42,797 nt of DNA, taken from IMG/VR virus record IMGVR_UViG_3300005511_000021; one strand, given 5' to 3'. Each line of letters begins with the position of its first letter. Position 1 is the stretch's first letter. Below the pieces are notes generated by a model. It had not been told where the DNA came from. It saw only the letters and a program-made list of their open reading frames with translations, and searched no databases. This stretch comes from a virus. The position numbers and the translations under genes are program-made. Below, one piece after another: positions 23,807 to 31,584 of the stretch.

Positions 23807-24599
23807 TGTACGCCACGAGCAGCCAACTGGCAAGCTGATCTCTGCCGCCGACGCTCCCATGGTCGCCATGATCGAGCGCATCGCCATGGACCCCAATATT
23901 CCGATCGACCGCCTCGAAAAGATGATGGCGATGAAGGAACGGATGGAAGACCGGGCGCGCGAAGATGCTGAGCGGGAAGCCCGCAAAGCCTATTATTTCG
24001 CCATGTCCCGCTGCCAGAAGGCGTTGCCGGTCGTCACCAAGACGAAGTGGAACGACCATACGAAATCAAACTATGCTGACCTTGCCGCTATCGAAGATCA
24101 GGCCATGCCGATCATTCATGATTTCGGCTTCGGCGTTAACTTCCAACCGGCCGGCTACAACGACAAGGGCGAACTGCAGATCAAGTGGACGATCAGCCAC
24201 GAAGAAGGTCACTCGGAAAGCGATATCGCCGGCATCCCTGTGGACGGCGCCGGGTCGCAAGGGAAGGTCAACAAGACCGGAACCCAGGCTTTCGGCTCGA
24301 CCGCCACCTATGGCCGTCGTTACCTCCTCTGCATGCTGTTCAATATAAGCACTGGGGACGATCGCGACGGCAACACCGTGCCGCCGGCTTCGAATGACCC
24401 GATCACCGACAAGCAGGCCGCTGAAATCCGCGGGCTTATCGAGCAGGGCGAGGTCGATACCGAAAAGTTCTGCGGGCGCTGGGGTATCGACGCAATAACC
24501 GATCTTCCCCAGCGCCAGTACGACGAAGTCGTTCTCAGTCTTCAGCAGCGCATTGCATGGCTTGCCAACCATAAGGCCCAAACGGGGAGCGCAGCATGA
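23790..24599 (+). CDS. erf: ERF-family single-strand annealing protein
   Basis: 269 aa. SNYADLAAIEDQAMPII and GSTATYGRRYLLCMLFNI are ERF signatures. Confidence 0.85.
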   Translation: MQTAIDVRHEQPTGKLISAADAPMVAMIERIAMDPNIPIDRLEKMMAMKERMEDRAREDAEREARKAYYFAMSRCQKALPVVTKTKWNDHTKSNYADLAAIEDQAMPIIHDFGFGVNFQPAGYNDKGELQIKWTISHEEGHSESDIAGIPVDGAGSQGKVNKTGTQAFGSTATYGRRYLLCMLFNISTGDDRDGNTVPPASNDPITDKQAAEIRGLIEQGEVDTEKFCGRWGIDAITDLPQRQYDEVVLSLQQRIAWLANHKAQTGSAA

Positions 24600-25255
24600 T
24601 CGATATCATCGAATGCGATCAGAATAGCCCTGAGTGGATCACCGCTCGCCTCGGCATCCCTACGGCAAGCAAGTTTGCCACTGTTATGGCGAAGGGCGAA
24701 GGCAAGACGCGCAGCGAGTATATGCGGAAACTTGCTGGGGAGATCCTGACCGAGGAGCCAGCAGAATCCTTCACCAGCGCCCATACTGAGCGCGGACACG
24801 ACATGGAGGGCATCGCTCGCGCGGAATATGCCTTTATCACCAACCAAGAGCCGCAACTGGTCGGGTTCATCCGAAACGGCAACAAGGGCGCAAGCCCGGA
24901 CAGCCTGATCGGCACAAACGGCGGCCTGGAGATCAAGACCGCGCTTCCTCATATCCAGATCGACCGCCTTGAGCGCAACCGCCTGCCGCCAGAGCACAAG
25001 GCTCAGGTTCAAGGGAACCTATGGATATCGGAGCGTGAATTCTGGGATTTTGTTTCCTATTGGCCCAAACTGCCGATGCTCACCGTCCGCGTCTATCGAG
25101 ACGAGGCGTTCATCAAGGAAATGTCGGACGAGATCGACCGGTTCAACGATGAGCTTGCCGCACTGGTCGAGCGCATCAAACGCTATGGCGTAAAGGATTC
25201 CGTCCCTCAAGATACGCTCGATGCTCTTCGGATGCATCCGGCAATGGCAGGCTGA
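24596..25255 (+). CDS. YqaJ-type (lambda Exo-like) exonuclease
   Basis: 219 aa. QNSPEWITARLGIPTASKF N-terminus and GASPDSLIGTNGGLEIKT PD-(D/E)xK core. Confidence 0.85.
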   Translation: MIDIIECDQNSPEWITARLGIPTASKFATVMAKGEGKTRSEYMRKLAGEILTEEPAESFTSAHTERGHDMEGIARAEYAFITNQEPQLVGFIRNGNKGASPDSLIGTNGGLEIKTALPHIQIDRLERNRLPPEHKAQVQGNLWISEREFWDFVSYWPKLPMLTVRVYRDEAFIKEMSDEIDRFNDELAALVERIKRYGVKDSVPQDTLDALRMHPAMAG

Positions 25256-25256
25256 C

Positions 25257-25673
25257 ATGGCGAAGAAAGCAGAAAAGCCCGTATACGCCTTCATTCGCAA
25301 GGGAAACTCGCTTATCCCGGAGATGCAGTATGATTTGCAAGCTCTTGACGGCGTAGACCAGGGCCAGCGCGTCCGTGTCGACGTGAAGCAGTGGCGGAAC
25401 ATGGGCCGTCTCAGAGCATATTGGGCCACGCTTCAGGACTGCATTGACGCCACTGGCTGCGCTGCGAGCAAGGAAGCTCTCGACGCCTATATCCGCCCCG
25501 CCGTCAACTTCGTCGACACGATACGGCTCGCGAACGGCCACCTCGTAGGTATCCCGCGCGCCATCAACACCCGCGAGTGCGACGAGCCCGAGATGATCGC
25601 GTTCTTCCTAGCGGTTGAGGAACTGCTTGCCAAGGATTTCGGATTCGTCAGCGAAAGGAAGATTGCAGCATGA
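25257..25673 (+). CDS. Hypothetical protein
   Basis: 138 aa from ATG 25257. Ends in IAA. Confidence 0.7.
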   Translation: MAKKAEKPVYAFIRKGNSLIPEMQYDLQALDGVDQGQRVRVDVKQWRNMGRLRAYWATLQDCIDATGCAASKEALDAYIRPAVNFVDTIRLANGHLVGIPRAINTRECDEPEMIAFFLAVEELLAKDFGFVSERKIAA

Positions 25674-25870
25674 GCGAGAAGCCGAAGCCCTGCCCCTTCT
25701 GCGGCGACGTTGAAAGTGTTTACCCGAGCTACGAATGGCCGGGAAGCGGAAAGCCATATGCGATCGACTGCATTCGCTGCGGCTTCGATTTCACGCCTCG
25801 CCCAGGGATGGACGTTATCAAGGTGTGGAACCGCCGCGCTGGCGAAAAAGACGAAGGGGATGTGTCATGA
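25670..25870 (+). CDS. lar: Lar-family restriction-alleviation zinc-ribbon protein
   Basis: 66 aa. KPCPFCG...CIRCGF...VWNRR. Confidence 0.75.
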   Translation: MSEKPKPCPFCGDVESVYPSYEWPGSGKPYAIDCIRCGFDFTPRPGMDVIKVWNRRAGEKDEGDVS

Positions 25871-26085
25871 GCGAGAAGATCTGCGCAACGTGCGGCAAGA
25901 AGCTTGAGTGGGTTGGAAGCGGTCCCGAGTGGATGAATTCCGAGCAGTGGGATGCCGTCAAAGCTGGTGATTACTTCGCGAAGTGCGACAAGACCACCCA
26001 CCCCAACGGCAACTGCTATTTCTGGCTCCGAGATGGCAAGGACGCCGTAGCCATGTCGCCGGTTGTTTCGGCAGGTGCAGCATGA
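25867..26085 (+). CDS. Hypothetical Cys-containing protein
   Basis: 72 aa, ATGA-coupled. It starts with the same 12 nt (ATGAGCGAGAAG) as the previous gene. Confidence 0.65.
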   Translation: MSEKICATCGKKLEWVGSGPEWMNSEQWDAVKAGDYFAKCDKTTHPNGNCYFWLRDGKDAVAMSPVVSAGAA

Positions 26086-26297
26086 GCAGGGTGTTCACAA
26101 AAGAGGAAAATGGGTCCGTCTATATGCGTCTCGTCACAACCCCTCAGACGCCGGACGAGATTGTCGAATATCTCCGCACTGAAGCATGCGTTGATGAACG
26201 CGGAATGCGTCGGCTTCCGAACTGGATCGATGATGAGGTGTTCGAAGCGGCCGCCGACCTGATCGACAAGCTTCGCGGGAAGGGCGGTGCAGCATGA
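26082..26297 (+). CDS. Hypothetical protein
   Basis: 71 aa with GCAGCATGA junctions at both ends. Confidence 0.65.
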   Translation: MSRVFTKEENGSVYMRLVTTPQTPDEIVEYLRTEACVDERGMRRLPNWIDDEVFEAAADLIDKLRGKGGAA

Positions 26298-26476
26298 GCG
26301 AGATAATCAGACGCCACGTCTCCCAGCATCCCCACGCCCGCGCCACCACCATCCAGTACCTGGCAAAGAGGGAGGAGACCACCAAGCAGCTCATGCGGGA
26401 AATCCTCGACGAGCAGCTTCGGCGCACTCCTGTCCCTTGGTGGAAGCGCCTGCGCAATATGCTTGGGAGGGTGTGA
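26294..26476 (+). CDS. Hypothetical basic protein
   Basis: 60-aa ORF, coupled. Confidence 0.6.
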   Translation: MSEIIRRHVSQHPHARATTIQYLAKREETTKQLMREILDEQLRRTPVPWWKRLRNMLGRV

Positions 26477-26841
26477 TGCGCCTCGAATTCTCCCGAAAGA
26501 CGAAAGCCGCCATCATCGCCCGCGCCGCCGGCAAATGCGAAGCCTGCGAAGCTGCTCTGAAGCCTGGAGAGGGAGAGGTGGATCACATACTCCCGTGCGC
26601 TTTAGGCGGAGAGCCCACGGTTGCCAACGGAAGATTGATCTGCCGCGTCTGTCATGTCGAAAAATCGGCGACCGATGTCCGCCGCATCCGCAAGGCCGAT
26701 CGAGCCCGCGACAAGGCTACCGGCGCCATCGCTCCCAAGCAGAAGATCAGATCCGCCGGATTTCCGGTATCGCGGAAGCCAGAGCGCCAGCCACGCCCAA
26801 CGTTGCCGTATCGGCAGCTTTATAGGCAGGAGACACCATGA
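26476..26841 (+). CDS. HNH endonuclease
   Basis: 121 aa from ATG 26476. CEACEAAL...VDHILPCALGGEPTVANGRLICRVCH. Confidence 0.85.
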   Translation: MRLEFSRKTKAAIIARAAGKCEACEAALKPGEGEVDHILPCALGGEPTVANGRLICRVCHVEKSATDVRRIRKADRARDKATGAIAPKQKIRSAGFPVSRKPERQPRPTLPYRQLYRQETP

Positions 26842-27218
26842 CCAACGAACATGAGCGCGGCGTGGAAGCTGCGACAGATATCCTCCTGTTGAGGGCACAT
26901 GAACTGTCTGCGCGAGAATTGGCCGAACGCGCCATCGCCGCCTATATCGAAGCGGTCGGCTTTGATTCAGCCCCCGTCCTCCTCTCCCGTATAGAGGAAC
27001 TGGAGACGCAGCTTGTATTGAGCAAGCCCCTGTATAGCCGGCGCCAGTTGGAGGCCAAGCTTGCAGAGGCGGTGAAGGTGATTGAGCCGTTTGCGCAGAT
27101 CGCCGACATGGAAGAACAAGCTGGGCCTATTGCCTCGGTCATCGTGAATGTTGCTCGCTGCCGGGACGCGCGCTCCTTCCTTCAGTCCCTTTCAAAGCCA
27201 GGGGTTTCCGATGACTGA
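26838..27218 (+). CDS. Hypothetical protein
   Basis: 126-aa ORF, ATGA-coupled. Confidence 0.65.
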   Translation: MTNEHERGVEAATDILLLRAHELSARELAERAIAAYIEAVGFDSAPVLLSRIEELETQLVLSKPLYSRRQLEAKLAEAVKVIEPFAQIADMEEQAGPIASVIVNVARCRDARSFLQSLSKPGVSDD

Positions 27219-27357
27219 CCATGACCGCGCATTCGAAGCCGCCTGGAAAGCCTGCTCCTCATGGGATGGAAAGATCACGAAGCCTGTGCTGCGGAAGGCG
27301 ATCGAGGCGTACTTGAGAGAAATCGAGGGTGGGGCTCGGAAAGGAGAGCACAAGTGA
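27211..27357 (+). CDS. Hypothetical small protein
   Basis: 48 aa from the internal ATG 27211. Confidence 0.5.
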   Translation: MTDHDRAFEAAWKACSSWDGKITKPVLRKAIEAYLREIEGGARKGEHK

Positions 27358-27629
27358 GCGAAACGAAAATTCCATATTCCTACCAAGTCCTTGAGATCGC
27401 GGACCTAAACCGCTTTCGCATTGGCGACAGGGTGAAGGTAACCCACCCAGATTTCGAAGCAGAATGGCGGAAATCAGAATGTATCATCATCGGTATCGAG
27501 CTTCGGAAACAGCATAGCCTTGGGATGATCTTCGAGGCCGATATCACGCTCCTGCACGATGTAGATCAAGTCTCTGATGGGTGGAAGCCTGCCGATCTTA
27601 CTCCAGCCCCTCAGGAGCCAACCCCATGA
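27354..27629 (+). CDS. Hypothetical protein
   Basis: GTG 27354 overlaps the upstream TGA (GTGA). 91 aa. Confidence 0.55.
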   Translation: MSETKIPYSYQVLEIADLNRFRIGDRVKVTHPDFEAEWRKSECIIIGIELRKQHSLGMIFEADITLLHDVDQVSDGWKPADLTPAPQEPTP

Positions 27630-27880
27630 CCATAGAGACGGAATTGCCGGCTGTGGAGGTGAAGGCGCAGATCACGGACATGCAAGAAGGAACCAAACGA
27701 ATGAAAGAGACATGGCCACAGCGAACAGCCCGTGAAATCTCTGAGACGCTCACGACGATAAGAACTCAGGTCGCGAATGGTATGTCACCCACTGATGCGA
27801 TCAATCGCTCGGCGCATACGGCTGAGACCTACGCAGCCGCCCTCAAAGAGTACAACCTGAAGCCTGTTATCCCGGATTGA
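27626..27880 (+). CDS. Hypothetical protein
   Basis: 84 aa from ATG 27626, ATGA-coupled. Confidence 0.6.
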   Translation: MTIETELPAVEVKAQITDMQEGTKRMKETWPQRTAREISETLTTIRTQVANGMSPTDAINRSAHTAETYAAALKEYNLKPVIPD

Positions 27881-27888
27881 GGTCAAAC

Positions 27889-28167
27889 ATGCATATCACC
27901 GATATAATGCCGCTGAAGTGGGAGTTAAACGCTGAAGGTCAATCGTTCGCGGATGTTTTCTTCGGACGTTATCACGTTCAGCGCAATCCCACTGATCGAT
28001 GGTGCTGGGGCTTGTCGTTTTACGGGGAATTCGGCGTTGGGCTTTACCAGACTGGCAACTTCGAAGCAGCTAAGGCATCATGCCAAGCCGATTACGAGCG
28101 TCGAATCCTATCCGCTCTCGTTCCAGCCGACGCCCTGAAAGAATTGGGGAAAGGGGATAGGAGATGA
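27889..28167 (+). CDS. Hypothetical protein; paralog-like to 21664..21903
   Basis: 92 aa from ATG 27889 with GAGG Shine-Dalgarno. Confidence 0.65.
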   Translation: MHITDIMPLKWELNAEGQSFADVFFGRYHVQRNPTDRWCWGLSFYGEFGVGLYQTGNFEAAKASCQADYERRILSALVPADALKELGKGDRR

Positions 28168-28592
28168 ATATCGAGGATGACGAACCGATTTCGCAGGGTC
28201 GCGTGTATTTCATCGTCGCCAGTAAGTCCGGAACCGTCAAAGTAGGGTTTTCAGCCAATCTGCGCAAGCGCATGATCGACCTGCAAACATCTGCCAGTGA
28301 GCCGTTGGCTCTGGTTTTCTCATGTGCTGGCGATCGCGAACTGGAAAGAGCGCTACATGCCTTCTTAGCGCCTCACGTCGTCTCTGGAGAGTGGTTCAGG
28401 TACGGGCCGCATATTCATGACCTGATCGACGAGATGTGGGATTTCCTGTCCGAGAAGGCGGTGGATGATGACGAATTCAGAGTTCCAATCACTGCGGATG
28501 AATTGAGGCGGATTGTGACCTCTCCGACCTACGGGAAGACTGACGCGGAAATTCATGCTGCCTGTGGAAACAATGTGGATAACCGGCCATGA
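28164..28592 (+). CDS. T5orf172 / GIY-YIG-like domain protein
   Basis: 142 aa. RVYFIVASKSGTVKVGFSANLRKRMIDLQT...ELERALHAFLAPHVVSGEWF. Confidence 0.75.
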   Translation: MNIEDDEPISQGRVYFIVASKSGTVKVGFSANLRKRMIDLQTSASEPLALVFSCAGDRELERALHAFLAPHVVSGEWFRYGPHIHDLIDEMWDFLSEKAVDDDEFRVPITADELRRIVTSPTYGKTDAEIHAACGNNVDNRP

Positions 28593-28795
28593 GCAGAGCC
28601 CGCACTTACACGAAGTCCGAAATCTCCGATGCTGCGGCTGCCGCGGCTAGCCATAACGTCCGGGTGGTCATGCACCCGAACGGCGAAATCGAATTCGCTC
28701 CGAAGAGTTTTACCGCGGTCGATCGAGAAGACGATACCGCCGAGAAGGCTTTGAGGAATTGGCAGAATGGAAGGCAAGCTGGTGGGCGTGCATAG
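28589..28795 (+). CDS. Hypothetical protein at the excisionase position, with no clear HTH
   Basis: 68-aa ORF, ATGA-coupled. Overlaps the int start by 29 nt. Confidence 0.55.
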   Translation: MSRARTYTKSEISDAAAAAASHNVRVVMHPNGEIEFAPKSFTAVDREDDTAEKALRNWQNGRQAGGRA

Positions 28796-29798
28796 GATCA
28801 AGGTCAAGCTGGCCGATGGGTCGGAAACGATCTACTACTATGCATGGCGGGGAAAAGGCGCACCGAGGATCCACGCCAAGCCGGGGACGAAAGCCTTTAC
28901 GCAGGAATTCGTTCGCCTCACCAGAGATCGGCCGGTGCACGTCGCATCCGGAACGATCGGCTCTCTTATCGAGGAATTCCGTTCCACCGCGAAATATAAG
29001 GCTCTAGGAGCCAATACCCGCAAGGACTATGAACGCATGTTCGGAGCTATCCGGGCTGAATACGAGTCCTTCCCGATTTCGGCCATAGAGGCTCGTGGAA
29101 GCCGAAAACTGTTCCTTGAGTGGCGAGACACCATGAAGGACGCGCCCCGCTCTGCTGATATGCACCTGGGGCTGCTGGCAAGGCTCTTCGCGTGGGCGAA
29201 GGACAACGAAACCATTCTCCGCAATCCGCTGGAGCGCGTCGAGCGCCTTCACGAGGGCAGCAGGCGGGACTCCGTATGGACGATGGATCAGATCAACACC
29301 GTTCTCACCAAGGCCGCTCCGCATCTTCGAAACGTGGCCTGTGTGGCGCTATGGACGATGCAGAGGCAGGCCGACCTGTTGACGATGCCGATGATCGCTT
29401 TCGATGGCGAGCGGGTATCGATCAAGCAGGGGAAGACGGGCGCGCGGGTTCGCATCACCGCAGCGCCGGCCATCTTGCCGATACTGCAGGAGGCCAAGAC
29501 CCATCAGCGCCAGCGCGTGCTGGTCAACTCATTCGGCCAAAACTGGACATCGAGCGGCTTCAAATCATCATGGGGGAAAGAGATGACGCGCCTCGGCATC
29601 AAAGGCGTGACCTTCCACGATCTGCGCGGAACGGCGATCACCTATGCCTATGCGAACCTCGATAGATCGCATGAGGAGAAGATCCAGCTTATCGCCGAGA
29701 TCTCGGGTCATTCTCGGGAGGATGCGGAGGGGATTATTCGGCGTCACTACCTGGCAGGCCAGGAGATTATCGACGCCATCAGCCGCGGAACGAAATGA
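28767..29798 (+). CDS. int: Tyrosine integrase
   Basis: 343 aa. C-terminal catalytic region has FHDLRGTAITYAY and HSREDAEGIIRRHY (R..HxxR..Y type). Adjacent to attP. Confidence 0.92.
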   Translation: MEGKLVGVHRIKVKLADGSETIYYYAWRGKGAPRIHAKPGTKAFTQEFVRLTRDRPVHVASGTIGSLIEEFRSTAKYKALGANTRKDYERMFGAIRAEYESFPISAIEARGSRKLFLEWRDTMKDAPRSADMHLGLLARLFAWAKDNETILRNPLERVERLHEGSRRDSVWTMDQINTVLTKAAPHLRNVACVALWTMQRQADLLTMPMIAFDGERVSIKQGKTGARVRITAAPAILPILQEAKTHQRQRVLVNSFGQNWTSSGFKSSWGKEMTRLGIKGVTFHDLRGTAITYAYANLDRSHEEKIQLIAEISGHSREDAEGIIRRHYLAGQEIIDAISRGTK

Positions 29799-29805
29799 GC
29801 ATAAT

Positions 29806-29833
29806 CTGTAAAATACGCGAAATGCTGTAAAAT
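29806..29833 (+). promoter_or_regulatory. Two arm-type repeats CTGTAAAAT on the P arm
   Basis: Copies at 29806..29814 and 29825..29833, in the same orientation as the copies at 29969 and 30022. Confidence 0.55.
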
Positions 29834-29878
29834 GGGTGGTGCTGGCGATGAAAATAGTGTATAAATATCAAGTGGTTA

Positions 29879-29927
29879 TGGTGCCCCCGCCAGGGTTCGA
29901 ACCCGGGACCCCCTGATTACAAATCCG
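29879..29927 (-). other. attP core: 3' portion of a tRNA-Thr(UGU)-like gene, not a complete tRNA
   Basis: Minus strand reads TTTGTAA (anticodon loop), TCAGG, GGGTC, CCGGG-TTCGAAC-CCTGG (T arm), CGGGGGC-A-CCA. No D arm or 5' acceptor strand lies upstream. Confidence 0.75.
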
Positions 29928-29968
29928 ATGGCATAAGCATGGATTTCAATTGGGTAGATGGAACTGGG

Positions 29969-30030
29969 CTGTAAAATGCAGCCGGAATTCACTCAATGAA
30001 TCTAGGAACGTCAAGAGTATATTGTAAAAT
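29969..30030 (+). promoter_or_regulatory. Two arm-type repeats (C/T)TGTAAAAT on the P' arm
   Basis: Copies at 29969..29977 and 30022..30030. Confidence 0.5.
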
Positions 30031-30086
30031 GAAATCCACAGAAATCGGCGCCTGTGGATAGTCCCCCATCCCTAAAGGAGAATGGA

Positions 30087-30341
30087 ATGGATATGATAGA
30101 GCGAGTGGCAAGAGCGATTGCCGCTAATCTAGACTTCAACACCACATGGGAAGATTGCGGCCCAGGTTTCCGTGAAACCTGCTTTGATCTAGCCAGAGCA
30201 GCGATCGAGGAAATGCGGAAGCCGACCGAACTGATGCTTGAGGACGCGATTGGGCATATGGATTCGTGGTCGAGCAATATGGCTTGGTGGGATGCGATGA
30301 TCACGGCCGCCCTCAAGGAACATGAGGGGGCGAAGGGATGA
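30087..30341 (+). CDS. Hypothetical protein (att-proximal cargo)
   Basis: 84 aa from ATG 30087 with AAGGAG Shine-Dalgarno at 6-nt spacing. Confidence 0.65.
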   Translation: MDMIERVARAIAANLDFNTTWEDCGPGFRETCFDLARAAIEEMRKPTELMLEDAIGHMDSWSSNMAWWDAMITAALKEHEGAKG

Positions 30342-30568
30342 GAACCGAAGAGCAGCGCGCGTGGCTTGATCAGCATCCGAATTTCGCGGAAGTTGTTCAC
30401 CTGGGAGTTTGGTCGTCTCACGATTGGCGTGACGAAGGGTGGCTATCAAAAAACGGGAAATATTTGATCGACGATGGGAAAACTCTTTTCGCCGCCAATT
30501 ACCCTGCTTGGTTTGGACGAACCGGAGCCATTCGAGTAGGGCGGAAAGTAGCGAGGGTCTTTGCTTAG
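30338..30568 (+). CDS. Hypothetical protein (att-proximal cargo)
   Basis: 76-aa ORF, ATGA-coupled. Confidence 0.6.
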   Translation: MRTEEQRAWLDQHPNFAEVVHLGVWSSHDWRDEGWLSKNGKYLIDDGKTLFAANYPAWFGRTGAIRVGRKVARVFA

Positions 30569-30658
30569 CCGCTACACCCCGCACGCCATCATCTTCGGAA
30601 TAGCTTTGATCGTGGTGATGGCGGTGGAGATCGGGAAGATGGTATGGAGGATGATGGG

Positions 30659-31024
30659 ATGAGAAAAATCGAAAGCCTACAAGATGACATGAACGGCACG
30701 GTTACCTATGAGATAGCCGAAGGCCGGTGGGTCACCTTGGATGCGAGGATCGTGCGAGAAATCGGGCTGAAGGCTGTCATGGAGAGCCATGGCGTTGAGA
30801 TGCCGACCGGACGGCTACCGGTCTTCCAGCGGGGCCGGGAGATCGGATCTTTGCCGGTGGCCTTCGACCCGCTGATGATCAAGTCAACGTCATTCCTCTA
30901 CGACCCTCGTCCCGGCGACTTCAGGCGCACCGATAAAGGCTGGGTCGCGGCGGATAACATGGGTCCGGGAGACTTCGAATGCATTCCAGAATTCAGTCGT
31001 TCTCTTGCCGAGAACTTTAATTAA
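30659..31024 (+). CDS. Hypothetical protein (att-proximal cargo)
   Basis: 121 aa from ATG 30659 with GGAGGA Shine-Dalgarno. Its stop overlaps the stop of the convergent gene within the palindrome TTAATTAA. Confidence 0.6.
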   Translation: MRKIESLQDDMNGTVTYEIAEGRWVTLDARIVREIGLKAVMESHGVEMPTGRLPVFQRGREIGSLPVAFDPLMIKSTSFLYDPRPGDFRRTDKGWVAADNMGPGDFECIPEFSRSLAENFN

Positions 31025-31448
31025 TCTTCAACCAATGCCTGAGAGCCGAAACTGCCCCATCGCTCGCCCAAGTGACAATAGCGCCGACTGTAAGGCCAGC
31101 AAACGCGATCAGACCTGAGATACCGTAGCCGATAGACTTCATGCGTCTCCACTCCTCTAGGGCCGGCTGTGTGGCAGCGTGGTTCTTGTCTACGGTATCC
31201 CGGAGGTTTTTTATCTCCTCCCGAAGAGTAGCATCAACGCCGCTGCTGATCTCGACGACCTTATCCAGCAGATTGATCTGTCGCATCTGTTCATCGAGCC
31301 GGCGATGAATGACAGACCGGCTTTCGTGGGCATTGTCCTTTTCGTCGCTCACGTCCTCCCTCAACAGGGAAACGCTTTCTTCAATGCCTGTGAGTCTGCC
31401 TTCGACCCGGCCAAGGGCGCGCAGGATATCGTCGTTGGATGTCATCAA
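31017..31448 (-). CDS. Coiled-coil protein with a C-terminal transmembrane helix (DUF1515-like); holin or lysis-regulator candidate
   Basis: 143 aa. Long helical region followed by IGYGISGLIAFAGLTVGAIVTWA. Confidence 0.65.
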   Translation of the reverse strand: MMTSNDDILRALGRVEGRLTGIEESVSLLREDVSDEKDNAHESRSVIHRRLDEQMRQINLLDKVVEISSGVDATLREEIKNLRDTVDKNHAATQPALEEWRRMKSIGYGISGLIAFAGLTVGAIVTWASDGAVSALRHWLKIN

Positions 31449-31543
31449 GTCCCTAAGCCCGCTGTGTCTGCATTTAGGTTTTCGAAATCAGACACTGGTA
31501 ACTTATGCCCAGCCATCGAGATTCCAGCTAATCTTGGTGGTTA

Positions 31544-31578
31544 GGTTTTCCGATCTGTTCGCTGCAGGTCGGAAAACC
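31544..31578 (-). terminator. 10-bp-stem hairpin 6 nt after the stop of the 839-aa gene
   Basis: GGTTTTCCGA (31544..31553) and TCGGAAAACC (31569..31578) with a 15-nt loop. No clear U-tract. Confidence 0.35.
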
Positions 31579-31584
31579 GATTGC

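Noticed and set aside
29879-29950. A complete tRNA gene
   Set aside because: Only the anticodon loop to the CCA end is tRNA-like. The sequence where the D arm and 5' acceptor strand should be (ccatgcttatgccatcgga on the minus strand) cannot pair with the 3' acceptor strand. It is an attP core fragment.
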